Part shown: one piece after another, positions 17,934 through 26,842 of the stretch | Layout: each line of letters starts with the position of its first letter | How positions within the stretch are numbered: the stretch's first letter is position 1 | Assembly (NCBI GenBank): GCA_040256005.1 | Contig: JBDZWC010000008.1 | Span: forward strand, 9,194-44,471 | Length of the DNA: 35,278 nucleotides | Reading direction: 5' to 3' | From: Deinococcaceae bacterium | GTDB lineage: Bacteria; Deinococcota; Deinococci; Deinococcales; Trueperaceae | The notes under the pieces: model-generated | Database searches by the model: none | What the model saw: the letters and a program-made list of their open reading frames with translations, nothing else | What the model was told of the DNA's origin: nothing | Translations under genes and position numbers: made by a program

Positions 17934-19913
17934 TCAGAACTCGTCGTCCCAGTCCACGGCGGAGCCCTGCCTGACGCCGCTGCTCTCCACCAGGGTGGGC
18001 GAGTTGCCAACCGGACCGGCGCCACGCCCACCGAGCAGACCGAACTGGGCCGCGATGCCCCGTAGGCCCGCCGTGGCGAACAGCAGGGCGAGCAGGCCCA
18101 GACCGGCCCACACGACGTGACCGAGCGTGCTGGTGAACATGGACCAGCGGGAGAGGACGTCGAGGTCGGGGGTATCCGTCAGGTCGGCCAGGACGGAGCC
18201 CAGCGCCGCGAGCGCCTCGTACATGAACGGCAGCAACAGCAGGAAGAGGGCCCAGGCGACCATGCGCCAGTTCGCGTTGCCGCCGCCGAACGCGAGGTTC
18301 AGGTAGCGCAGCGGCACGAAGGCCAGCAGCCCGAGGACGAACACCACGACGAGCCGGGGCCAACCCGACCAGAAGGTGTCGACGTTGCGCTCGACCTCCA
18401 GGCCGGCGCCTCCTGTGGCGGCCAGAGCCGGCCTCGTGGCCTCGACCTGCGCGGCCAGCAGCGTGAGGTCCCGCTCGCGCAGTGCGGGCCGGTCGAGCAC
18501 GGAGGCGAAGAGCTCGCGGGTGGAGGCGGCCAGCTCGGCGTCCCTCGCGCCCAGCACCCCGTCAAGGGCGCCGAACGCCCGTCTGGCGTCGGCGACGGCG
18601 GTCTCGGCGGCCAGCCTGTCGCCGTTGCGCAGGGCGCCGACCGCCTCGTTCACCTTCGCGGCGACGCTGTCGTGGGCCTGGGCGAGGGTCTCGAACCCGC
18701 CGTCCAGGAGGCTCTGAGCCTGGGTGCGGGCGAGCCCACCGGGAAGTCCGGCGGCTTCTAGCTCGGTGACGAGAGACGCCAGCCGAGCGTCGCGCTGCTC
18801 CTGTTCGAACTGGGCCCGGGCCAGCGCCAGCGCCTCCGCGCCCAGCGGCTCGGGCTCGCCCGCTTCGGTGTCCTCCGCGGCGCCGGGGCCGCCCAACGAG
18901 GGCAGACCGGCGGCGGGTGTGTCGGCCGGTTCGGACGGGGTCGCGAGCGGCAGCGGCTGCTGGGCCGGTTCCTGAGCCTGTTCGGCTTCGGGTGTAGCCG
19001 GGGCCTCGGCGCCCTCTTCGCCCGCTGGGCTGGCCGGCTGCTCGGCACCGGCCGGCTGCTCGGCGGCGGCCTCTTGGTCGGCTACCTCCGGGGTGGCCGC
19101 GGCCGCCTCGCCCTGCGGCGTGACGGGCCGGGACACGCCGGGGTCACCCGCCCGCGCCGCCGACGCGAGGCGGGAGAGCTGCGCGGAGGCCTCGGTGGTG
19201 GCGGGGGTGAACGCTTCGTCGTCGCCGCTCACCAGGGCCTGGGCAGCGTTCAACAGGGCCTGGTTGAGGCCAGGGTCGGCCCGGGGAGAGTCCTGAATGA
19301 GCAGCGAATCGCCGTACGCCGTGCCCAGCGCCTCGTACGCCGCCGCCCTGTCGGTGCTGAGGAGGCGGCCGGACACCTCGAGCTCGGCGGCTATCGAGGC
19401 GGCCGTGCCGGCCTCGAACGCCAGGCGCAGGGACTCGACGGACGAGCCGGCAGCCTGCAGCGCCGACAGGTCCTCGCTCGAGAACCCCATGTCCTCGGCC
19501 AGGTGGCTCAGTCGCGCTCCGGCCGTAGCCAGGTCGCCCTCGGCACCCGACGTGTAGGCGGAGTCGGCGACGAGCCGGCGGAAACCGCCCCTGAGAACGG
19601 CAGCCTGGACCGCGAGGTCGGCCCTGCTCTGGTTGTCGACCGCCACCCGGGCGCTCTCGAACGTCCTCTGCATCGCGTCGACCAGCGTGGCGCTGGTGGT
19701 GTCGCGCGACAGCGTGAGCAGCGCGTTGACGGCACGCTCGAGCTCGTCGCGAGCCTGGAGGGCGTCGCCGGGGACGGACTGAACCGCGAACTCGAGGTTC
19801 TCCACCGCCAGGTCGTAGCGCTGCAGCACGCTGTCCTCTTGGGCCAGCGCCGGGGCACCGCCAAGCGCGAACAGCGCGGCCACGACGGCTATGGGTCTCA
19901 GACGAGCGATCAT
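17934..19913 (-). CDS. Hypothetical membrane protein: signal peptide, large helical extracytoplasmic region, about 3 C-terminal TM helices
   Basis: MIARLR-hydrophobic-ALA/Q signal; P/A/E-rich linker; three hydrophobic segments; acidic VDWDDEF tail; ATGA overlap with upstream gene. Confidence 0.75.
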   Translation of the reverse strand: MIARLRPIAVVAALFALGGAPALAQEDSVLQRYDLAVENLEFAVQSVPGDALQARDELERAVNALLTLSRDTTSATLVDAMQRTFESARVAVDNQSRADLAVQAAVLRGGFRRLVADSAYTSGAEGDLATAGARLSHLAEDMGFSSEDLSALQAAGSSVESLRLAFEAGTAASIAAELEVSGRLLSTDRAAAYEALGTAYGDSLLIQDSPRADPGLNQALLNAAQALVSGDDEAFTPATTEASAQLSRLASAARAGDPGVSRPVTPQGEAAAATPEVADQEAAAEQPAGAEQPASPAGEEGAEAPATPEAEQAQEPAQQPLPLATPSEPADTPAAGLPSLGGPGAAEDTEAGEPEPLGAEALALARAQFEQEQRDARLASLVTELEAAGLPGGLARTQAQSLLDGGFETLAQAHDSVAAKVNEAVGALRNGDRLAAETAVADARRAFGALDGVLGARDAELAASTRELFASVLDRPALRERDLTLLAAQVEATRPALAATGGAGLEVERNVDTFWSGWPRLVVVFVLGLLAFVPLRYLNLAFGGGNANWRMVAWALFLLLLPFMYEALAALGSVLADLTDTPDLDVLSRWSMFTSTLGHVVWAGLGLLALLFATAGLRGIAAQFGLLGGRGAGPVGNSPTLVESSGVRQGSAVDWDDEF

Positions 19914-20830
19914 GCTGCCTCCTCGAGTGCGGCGCGGGCCGCCAGGACCGCGCCGAAGTTCACCTTCGGTTTCGTTAGTACGACGAGCTCCCCGCCGCTG
20001 AGCGGGAACAGGAACATCGCTCCCGTAGGGCGCTCCAGGGCGAAGACGTTGAGCCGCCCGGCCCTGTCGAGGAGCCGCCTGGTGGCGTGGGTCAAAGCCG
20101 GCAGCTGCAGGGCGTCTACGCCTTCGCCGTTGGCGCTGAGGAGCTCGCCGCCGCTCACCGCCACGACTTGCTGCACCGTTTCGAGCTCGCCGAAAGCCTT
20201 CAGCGCTCGGGCCAGCAGCGTCGCGTCGAGCTTCGGCAGGGCCGGCTTGGCGCCGGGCGCGGTGTTCCGCGGGGGGGTGGCTGTCGACGCGCGGGAGCCT
20301 TCCCCGCCGGCGTGTGTCTCCCGAGGCGCGGCCTCGACCACGGCGGCCTCGATCTCCGCCCGCTCCGCCGGCGTCACCTGCGCGATCATGCTGGACCGCA
20401 CCGCTGACGCCGGGCCGGAGGTAGCCGCGGCCTTGGACGCGGCGCTGAGGGCCGGCATGGGCACGCTCATGGCAGCCTGAGGTTCTCCTGCGGCGGCCTC
20501 GTCGAGCTCATCGTCGCCTATCGGATCTATGCTCCGCGGCTCTTCCGAGCGAGCGCGGCCCGGGCGCCACCAGCGTCGCCTCTGCGGTGACTCCGCATGG
20601 AGCTCAGCAGCGATCTTCTTGAGGCCCGCGCCTATGGCCGATGGCGGCAACACACCCGCCAGCTCCTGGCGTATGGGGCCGAGCAGGAGGCGGCGCATCG
20701 CAGCCACGCTCACATCGTCGGCCGTGCGCCTGGTCGCGCGCAGGGAGTCATCGACGAGCCGCCTGGCGGCCTTGGGCGGCACGAGGGCCGCGAGGCCGTC
20801 GATGGCGGCGCGGTAGACGTCGTTAGGCAC
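19910..20830 (-). CDS. Protein with conserved N-terminal helical domain, low-complexity linker and C-terminal Roadblock/LC7 (MglB-like) domain
   Basis: C-terminal helix-beta-beta-helix-beta-beta-beta-helix pattern ending LVVLTKPKVNFGAVL, as in Roadblock domains; GTG start after AGGGGG. Confidence 0.7.
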   Translation of the reverse strand: MPNDVYRAAIDGLAALVPPKAARRLVDDSLRATRRTADDVSVAAMRRLLLGPIRQELAGVLPPSAIGAGLKKIAAELHAESPQRRRWWRPGRARSEEPRSIDPIGDDELDEAAAGEPQAAMSVPMPALSAASKAAATSGPASAVRSSMIAQVTPAERAEIEAAVVEAAPRETHAGGEGSRASTATPPRNTAPGAKPALPKLDATLLARALKAFGELETVQQVVAVSGGELLSANGEGVDALQLPALTHATRRLLDRAGRLNVFALERPTGAMFLFPLSGGELVVLTKPKVNFGAVLAARAALEEAA

Positions 20831-20859
20831 GTGACTCGCCCCCTATAGGCACGTCAACG

Positions 20860-20902
20860 AGCATAGGGCCGACGGGCACAGCGAAGTTGTGAGATATCAC
20901 GT
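20860..20902 (-). promoter_or_regulatory. Candidate promoter: -10 TATGCT plus upstream dyad GTGA-N4-TCAC
   Basis: -10 at 20860-20865; AT-rich dyad 20889-20900 centred about 41.5 nt upstream of the predicted +1. Confidence 0.4.
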
Positions 20903-20961
20903 AGGGATGCGGGCTTCTGGCCTCCGCGCGGACCTCGGGTGAGCGCCGCGGCGACCGGCGT

Positions 20962-21972
20962 CTACCGGTCGTCCCCGGGGCCCTCCGCGCCCTCTTCCGG
21001 CCCGGGGCTGAGAGCCCGACCGAACTCGCTGGCGACCGACAGAGCGCGGGGGTAGCGCATGCGCGCCGGCCCGATAAGCGTGAGCGCGCCGCGGCCGCCG
21101 CCGAAGGCGAACGAGGCGCTCACCAGCGCGATCTTGTCGTCCAACTCGAGGTCGAGGTCGCCGCGCGGCGAGCCGGCGGCGGCGCTCTCGCCTTCGACGT
21201 GTTCCACCACCAGCCTCACGAAACTGGGGTCTTCGCCTTCGGGCTCGCCCAGCAACAGCTTCAGGCCGTCCCTGAACCGCTTGGGTGCCCGCAGCCCGTT
21301 CCAGGCGTCGCCGAGCGCCTCGAGGGTCCGGGCCAGGTCCTCGTCGCCTGCCGTGGCGGCCACAGCCTTTAGCGCCTTCGGCACCTCGCCGATGCTCAGG
21401 CCCAGCTGCCTGAGGTTGCGCTCGGCGTCGTCGATGACGCTTTCGCTGGGCATGGGGTCGATGTCCACGCCGATCTGCCTCACGAGACCGTTCTCCAGCA
21501 CGACCACGGCGAGCAGTCGCCGGGAGGACACCAGAGAGAGGTGGATCTCGTGGATGGTCAGCTGGTCGTCGGCAGGCAGCCTTATGAGCACGGCGTAGCC
21601 CGAGAGCTTCGCGGCCAGGCGCGAGGCTTCGACGAAGACGTCGTCGCCCTCGGCGCTGGCCAGCCGTTGCATGATCGTGCGCCTGGCGTCCTTGGGCAGC
21701 CGCCTGGGCGGGAGGTAGGACGCGGCGTAGTAGCGGAACCCGGCCGGCGTGGGGATGCGGCCGGCCGATGTGTGGGGTTGCTGCAGGAGCCCGCCCTGCT
21801 CGAGCATCCCGAAGTCGTTCCTGACCGTGGCGCTGGACACGTCAAGCCGCGAGGCCACCGCCTGGGATGGCACCGGATGCGCAGTGCGTATGTAGTCCTC
21901 CGCGACCGCGTGGAGCACGCGCACGTGTCGGTCCGGCATGGGCCCCATGCCCTCTCTCATCGTCGTGGCCAT
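20962..21972 (-). CDS. hrcA: Heat-inducible transcription repressor HrcA
   Basis: YIRTAHPVPS, VSSATVRND, QPHTSAGRIPT, IGPARMRY; true start may be ATG at 21939. Confidence 0.92.
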   Translation of the reverse strand: MATTMREGMGPMPDRHVRVLHAVAEDYIRTAHPVPSQAVASRLDVSSATVRNDFGMLEQGGLLQQPHTSAGRIPTPAGFRYYAASYLPPRRLPKDARRTIMQRLASAEGDDVFVEASRLAAKLSGYAVLIRLPADDQLTIHEIHLSLVSSRRLLAVVVLENGLVRQIGVDIDPMPSESVIDDAERNLRQLGLSIGEVPKALKAVAATAGDEDLARTLEALGDAWNGLRAPKRFRDGLKLLLGEPEGEDPSFVRLVVEHVEGESAAAGSPRGDLDLELDDKIALVSASFAFGGGRGALTLIGPARMRYPRALSVASEFGRALSPGPEEGAEGPGDDR

Positions 21973-21985
21973 AAGGGGGCGCAGC

Positions 21986-22447
<462 letters not shown>

Positions 22448-22452
22448 GCCCG

Positions 22453-22461
22453 ATGATACCA
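22453..22461 (-). promoter_or_regulatory. Extended -10 (TGGTATCAT), leaderless promoter for EVE-hrcA
   Basis: TATCAT 5 nt before the ATG in the 18-bp guaA-EVE gap. Confidence 0.6.
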
Positions 22462-22465
22462 GCGC

Positions 22466-23998
22466 TCACTCCCACTCGATGGTGCCGGGCGGCTTGCTGG
22501 TGATGTCGTACACCACGCGGTTCACCTCCGCCACGGAGTTGACGATCCGGCTCGACACGGTGGCCAGGAACTCGTGCGGCAGCCGCGCCCAGTCGGCCGT
22601 CATACCGTCTTCGCTGGTGACGGCCCTGAGCGCCACCATGTAGCCGTAGGACCGACCGTCGCCCATCACGCCGACCGAGCGCACGGGCGTGAGGACCGCC
22701 AGCGCCTGCCACGTCTCCTGGTAGAGACCGAACTCGCGCAGCGCGGAGACGAACACGTCGTCCACCCTGGCGAGCACCTCGAGCCGCTCTTCGGTCACCT
22801 CGCCGATCACTCGTATCGCCAGCCCGGGGCCCGGGAACGGATGCCTGTCGCGCAGGTGGGGCGGCAGGCCCAACGCCTCCGCGACCTCCCTGACCTCGTC
22901 CTTGAACAGCATGCGGAACGGCTCGACCAGCTCGAAGCCCAGCTGCTCCGGCAGACCGCCCACGTTGTGGTGCGACTTGATGACGGCGGCGCCATGCGAG
23001 CCGGCCGAGGACTCGATCACGTCGGGGTAGAGGGTGCCCTGGGCGAGGTACCGGATGCTCCCGCCGGCCGACAGGCTGCGAGCCTCCGCCTCGAACACGG
23101 CGATGAACTCCCTGCCTATCGCCTTGCGCTTCGCCTCGGGGTCGGTGACGCCAGCCAGAGCTCGCAGGAAGCGATCCTTGGCGTTCACCACACGCAACTT
23201 GACGCCGAGCGCCGTGAGAGCCCGTTCCACCTCGTCCGCCTCGCCCAGGCGCAACAGCCCGTGGTCCACGAAGACGGGTACGAGACGGTCGCCGATCGCC
23301 TTCGTGAGGAGCAGGGCGAGGGTGGAGGAGTCGACGCCGCCGGAGACGGCCAGCAGGACGCGTTCGTCGCCGACGCGGTCCCGAACGTCCTCGACCGCAC
23401 GGTTGACTATGTTGTCGGCGTTCCAGTCGCGGGCGACCCCGGCGCGCTCGACGAAACGCTCGAGCAAGACGGCTCCTTTGGGCGTGTGACGCACCTCGGG
23501 GTGGAACTGCAGGCCGTAGACGCCGCGGCTCTCCTCCTCGATGGCGGCGACGGCGCCGTCGCGCGTCACCGCCGACACCCGGAAGCCGGGCGGCGGCTCG
23601 ACGACGCTGTCGCCGTGGCTCATCCACGCGACGAAGTCGCCCTCGACCCCGTCGAACAGCCGGCCGCCGTACTGGGCCAGCTCGGCCTTGCCGTACTCGC
23701 CGCGGCCGCCGGACGCCACCCTGCCGCCGAGCTCCCGTGTCACCAGCTGCATCCCGTAGCAGATCGCGAGCACGGGGACCCCGCGGTCGAGGACTCCTGT
23801 CGGCAGGCCGGGCGCCCCTGTCGCGGTCACGCTGTTCGGGCCACCGGAGAGGATCAAGCCGGCCGGGGCGAGCTCGTTCAGCTCGGCCTCGCTGATCTGC
23901 GGCCCCACGACGACCGAGTAGACGCCCAGCTCGCGCAGGCGGCGGGCGATCAGCCGCGTGTACTGCGACCCGTAATCGATGACGACGATGCTCTGCAA
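22466..23998 (-). CDS. guaA: GMP synthase (glutamine-hydrolysing)
   Basis: [58 protein letters not shown] start. Confidence 0.97.
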   Translation of the reverse strand: MQSIVVIDYGSQYTRLIARRLRELGVYSVVVGPQISEAELNELAPAGLILSGGPNSVTATGAPGLPTGVLDRGVPVLAICYGMQLVTRELGGRVASGGRGEYGKAELAQYGGRLFDGVEGDFVAWMSHGDSVVEPPPGFRVSAVTRDGAVAAIEEESRGVYGLQFHPEVRHTPKGAVLLERFVERAGVARDWNADNIVNRAVEDVRDRVGDERVLLAVSGGVDSSTLALLLTKAIGDRLVPVFVDHGLLRLGEADEVERALTALGVKLRVVNAKDRFLRALAGVTDPEAKRKAIGREFIAVFEAEARSLSAGGSIRYLAQGTLYPDVIESSAGSHGAAVIKSHHNVGGLPEQLGFELVEPFRMLFKDEVREVAEALGLPPHLRDRHPFPGPGLAIRVIGEVTEERLEVLARVDDVFVSALREFGLYQETWQALAVLTPVRSVGVMGDGRSYGYMVALRAVTSEDGMTADWARLPHEFLATVSSRIVNSVAEVNRVVYDITSKPPGTIEWE

Positions 23999-24008
23999 GC
24001 CCGGTTAC

Positions 24009-25364
24009 CTACTGGCCCGGCGCCGGGAAGCTAAGTGTGATGGCGGTGTCGCTCGGCACGTCGAGGGTCACGGGAGGCGTCTCGCGGCCCTGGAACCGGC
24101 CGTGGACCACCCAGCGCCCGGCGGCGTCGAACGTCACGGACCGGGGCACCGCCGCCATCACGGTGCCGGGCCGGCTGTTCGAGCCGGGGGGGCTCTGATC
24201 CACCACGAGCTGGACCGGCGGTAGGTTCGCGGGCGATACGCTCACGTCGACCAGGTAGCTCTCGAAGGCCCCGGTGAGCGGGTCGTCGGCCGGGCCCTTG
24301 TTGATGAGCGCGAGGTACGCGGCGAAGCCGGCGATCAGGAGCATCAAGAGCAGCAGCGCTGGGCCCCGCCAGGCGCGCCGCGACGCCCGGCTGAACGTCT
24401 CCTGCCCGTCCATGCGGATCGGAGCCGGTCGTGGGCCTTCGTCGAGGTTGCCGTGCCTATACGTGGCTCCCGGCGGCAGCGCCTTTACGAAGCCGGGGGA
24501 GCTGTCCTTGGGCGATGGCTGACGCGGCGGCGTCAGGCCCGGATCGCTGACGAGCGTGATGGGCTCGGGGTCGAGCGGTGTGGGCTGCGGGTCGCTCCGA
24601 GCCGGCGCACGCGGCTTGGGTGGGGCCGCCGTGGTGCGTGGCGCCGGGCGCTCCTCGGCCGGCTCTGGCCTCCGGTCAGGCGGCGCCCGGGGTGTTGGCG
24701 TGGTGGGCAGGGTGAGCTCCGTGAAGCCTGAGGCGGGCACCTTCACCGCGCCGCCCGCGAGCCGTTTCACGATGCCGTAGAGGCGCTCGGCCGTCATGGG
24801 CGGGCTCGTAGTGGGCGCGACGGCGGACTTGAGTGCCGCGGCGACCTCGACGCTGAGGTCGGACCCTGCGAGGCTGAGCAGCGCCTCCGCCAGCCTGACG
24901 ACGTCGGCATGGGCCAGCGCTCTGGCGTCGCCGCGGGTGCCCTTGACCGCGTGCCAGGGAACGCCGTAGCCCTCGATGGCGACGTCCCCGAACGTGTAGA
25001 GGAGACGCGAGCGCGTGAGGTCGCCGTGGATGAGGCCGCGTGCCTGAGCGTCGCGCAGTCCCTCGAGGGACCGGAGCACGAACCTGTCGTCCACGACGCT
25101 CTCGCCCGGCGCCAGGAGGGTTGCACCCGACGGGAAAGCGACGACGAGCCGCCCGCGCACCTCGTCTCCCGCCCTGTAGGTCTCGGACTCGAGGACCTTG
25201 AGCACGTGGTCCGAGACGGCCGGACCGGCATGCATGGTGGGCTCGCCGGGGAAGTCGTAGATGAGGACGTCCAGGCCCGTGATCGGGTCGACGCCCCGGT
25301 AGGTGACGACACCATCGGCGGCGGAGTACTGTTCGCCGCGCTCGAAACGTCCGGCGTCGGTCAC
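24009..25364 (-). CDS. Membrane-anchored kinase-like (pseudokinase) protein with Pro-rich linker, single TM and small extracytoplasmic beta domain
   Basis: TYRGVDPITGLDVLIY and GLIHGDL resemble Hanks kinase subdomains I-II and VIb; TM ALLLLMLLIAGFAAYLAL; GTG at 25364 lies 6 nt after TATACT. Confidence 0.7.
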   Translation of the reverse strand: MTDAGRFERGEQYSAADGVVTYRGVDPITGLDVLIYDFPGEPTMHAGPAVSDHVLKVLESETYRAGDEVRGRLVVAFPSGATLLAPGESVVDDRFVLRSLEGLRDAQARGLIHGDLTRSRLLYTFGDVAIEGYGVPWHAVKGTRGDARALAHADVVRLAEALLSLAGSDLSVEVAAALKSAVAPTTSPPMTAERLYGIVKRLAGGAVKVPASGFTELTLPTTPTPRAPPDRRPEPAEERPAPRTTAAPPKPRAPARSDPQPTPLDPEPITLVSDPGLTPPRQPSPKDSSPGFVKALPPGATYRHGNLDEGPRPAPIRMDGQETFSRASRRAWRGPALLLLMLLIAGFAAYLALINKGPADDPLTGAFESYLVDVSVSPANLPPVQLVVDQSPPGSNSRPGTVMAAVPRSVTFDAAGRWVVHGRFQGRETPPVTLDVPSDTAITLSFPAPGQ

Positions 25365-25370
25365 GCCGCG

Positions 25371-25376
25371 AGTATA
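25371..25376 (-). promoter_or_regulatory. -10 box (TATACT), leaderless promoter of the pseudokinase gene
   Basis: Near-consensus hexamer 6 nt upstream of the GTG start. Confidence 0.65.
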
Positions 25377-25434
25377 GCCCTGGCCACGTGTGCCAGGGCC
25401 CGTCCCCCGCGAGGCAGGGCACCGTGGGCGGCGC

Positions 25435-25443
25435 TGGTACGCT
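25435..25443 (+). promoter_or_regulatory. Extended -10 (TGGTACGCT) for mrp
   Basis: TGnTAnnnT ends 9 nt before ATG 25453; no SD. Confidence 0.45.
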
Positions 25444-25452
25444 CGCCTGGCT

Positions 25453-26496
25453 ATGGACCTGTCTCGCGAACAAGCCCTGGCGGCCCTCGGCCAGGTGAAG
25501 GACCCCGTGCTGGGGGCGGACCTCGTCGACCTCGGGATGGTGGGCGGCGTCGAGGTCGACGGCTCGCGCGCCGAGGTCGTGCTGAACGTTCCCGGTGGTG
25601 AGGCGAGCGGCGCCCTGAGGGACGCCGTCGTCGACGCCTTGCGGTCGGCCGGCGCGTCGCACGTCGGCGTCGTCGTGGCGGAGGCGCTCAGGCTACCGTC
25701 ACAGGCGCCGCTACCCGGGGTAGCGGGCATCGTGGCCATCGGTTCCGGGAAGGGGGGCGTCGGCAAGTCGACCGTGGCAGCCAACCTGGCGGCGGCGCTG
25801 GCGGCGGAGGGCCTCAGCATCGGGATGCTCGACGCCGACATCTACGGCCCATCGCAGGGGAAGATGTTCGGCGTCGAGGGACGCCGGCTCATGGCCGACG
25901 ACCAGAAGAACATCGTCCCGCTCAAGAACCATGGCGTGAAGGTGATCTCGATCGCGAACCTGGTCGAGGACGGCCAGGCCCTCACCTGGCGCGGACCCAT
26001 CCTGCACGGCACGCTCACGCAGCTGCTCAAGCAGACCGTGTGGGGCGAGCTGGACCTGTTGATCGTCGACCTGCCGCCTGGCACCGGCGACGTGCAGCTC
26101 TCCCTGGCCCAGCTGGTGACGGTGACGGGCATGGTGCTGGTGACCACGCCGCAGGAGGTCGCGCTCGCGGACGTGCGGCGTGCCTACACCATGGCCCGCA
26201 AGACGCACGTGCCGCTGCTCGGCATCGTCGAGAACATGAGCTACTACCCGCTGCCGGACGGCGGCCGCGACTACATCTTCGGAGAAGGCGGGGCGGACAG
26301 GTTCGCGGCCGAGGTGGACCTGCCAGTGGTAGCGCGGGTGCCCATCACGCGGGCACTGCGCGAGAGCGGCGATTCCGGTGCCCCGCTGGTCGCCTCGGCG
26401 CCGGGAGACGAGGCGTCGCTGGAGCTCAGACGGGCGGCCAGGAGGCTGTTGAGCCTCTTGGCGCGGGAGTCGATGAGCTCGCTGCCGATGGCCTAG
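25453..26496 (+). CDS. mrp: Mrp/ApbC (NBP35 family) P-loop ATPase, lacking all cysteines
   Basis: GSGKGGVGKST, DADIYGPS, WRGP, DLPPGTGD, TTPQ, GIVENMS; DUF59-like N-terminus (VKDP..DLVDLGMV). Confidence 0.9.
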   Translation: MDLSREQALAALGQVKDPVLGADLVDLGMVGGVEVDGSRAEVVLNVPGGEASGALRDAVVDALRSAGASHVGVVVAEALRLPSQAPLPGVAGIVAIGSGKGGVGKSTVAANLAAALAAEGLSIGMLDADIYGPSQGKMFGVEGRRLMADDQKNIVPLKNHGVKVISIANLVEDGQALTWRGPILHGTLTQLLKQTVWGELDLLIVDLPPGTGDVQLSLAQLVTVTGMVLVTTPQEVALADVRRAYTMARKTHVPLLGIVENMSYYPLPDGGRDYIFGEGGADRFAAEVDLPVVARVPITRALRESGDSGAPLVASAPGDEASLELRRAARRLLSLLARESMSSLPMA

Positions 26497-26500
26497 GCTC

Positions 26501-26509
26501 TGCTATCAT
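26501..26509 (+). promoter_or_regulatory. Extended -10 (TGCTATCAT) for the valS leader
   Basis: Immediately precedes T-box Stem I. Confidence 0.65.
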
Positions 26510-26515
26510 CGCGCT

Positions 26516-26801
26516 CAGGCGGGAAGAGTAGCGGCCCCGCAGACGCCAGAGAACCCCGGTCTTGGGCTGAGAGCCGGGGTCGTTCCCGAGGGCCGTGAAC
26601 GTCACCCGCTGCGGAGGGCGCACGCGAGCGCGCTCCGCCAGGGAAGAAAGCCCACCGCGCGGGTGGGCCGGTAGAACCCCCGTAGGCCGCACGGTGAAGC
26701 GGCGGTAAGAAGCGCCCCGGCCGGCAACGCCGGCGAGGGGAAGAGCGGTGGTACCGCGGGGACATGCCTCGTCCGCTCAGTCTGAGCGACGGGGCCGTTC
26801 T
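26516..26801 (+). ncRNA. T-box riboswitch, valine specifier (GUC)
   Basis: Stem I with GA motif (GGGAAGAGTAG), AGAGA bulge, GCTGAGA apical loop, GAAC-GTC-A specifier at 26601-26603; IIA/B pseudoknot; T-box GAGCGG-TGGTACC-GCG antiterminator. Confidence 0.9.
26766..26801 (+). terminator. T-box terminator-like hairpin (weak U tract)
   Basis: GCCTCGTCCGCTCA-GTC-TGAGCGACGGGGC, mutually exclusive with the antiterminator, followed by CGTTCT. Confidence 0.6.
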
Positions 26802-26842
26802 GCCACCAGTGCCGAGACGGAGCCCGTCGAAGAAAGGTGCCT

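Noticed and set aside
17934..19913. FTR1-type iron permease, suggested by the helical periplasmic region
   Set aside because: No REGxE motifs and only about three TM helices
20887..20902. Rex or CRP operator call for TTGTGAGATATCACGT
   Set aside because: Half-site spacing is 2 bp shorter than either consensus, so it is kept only as an unassigned dyad
25365..25841. N-terminal extension of the 610-aa ORF 24009..25841
   Set aside because: It is largely antisense to mrp; a -10 box 6 nt before GTG 25364 marks the likely true start
26497..26842. Small ORFs or a leader peptide upstream of valS
   Set aside because: The region is fully explained by T-box RNA structure; no Val-rich peptide with a ribosome-binding site
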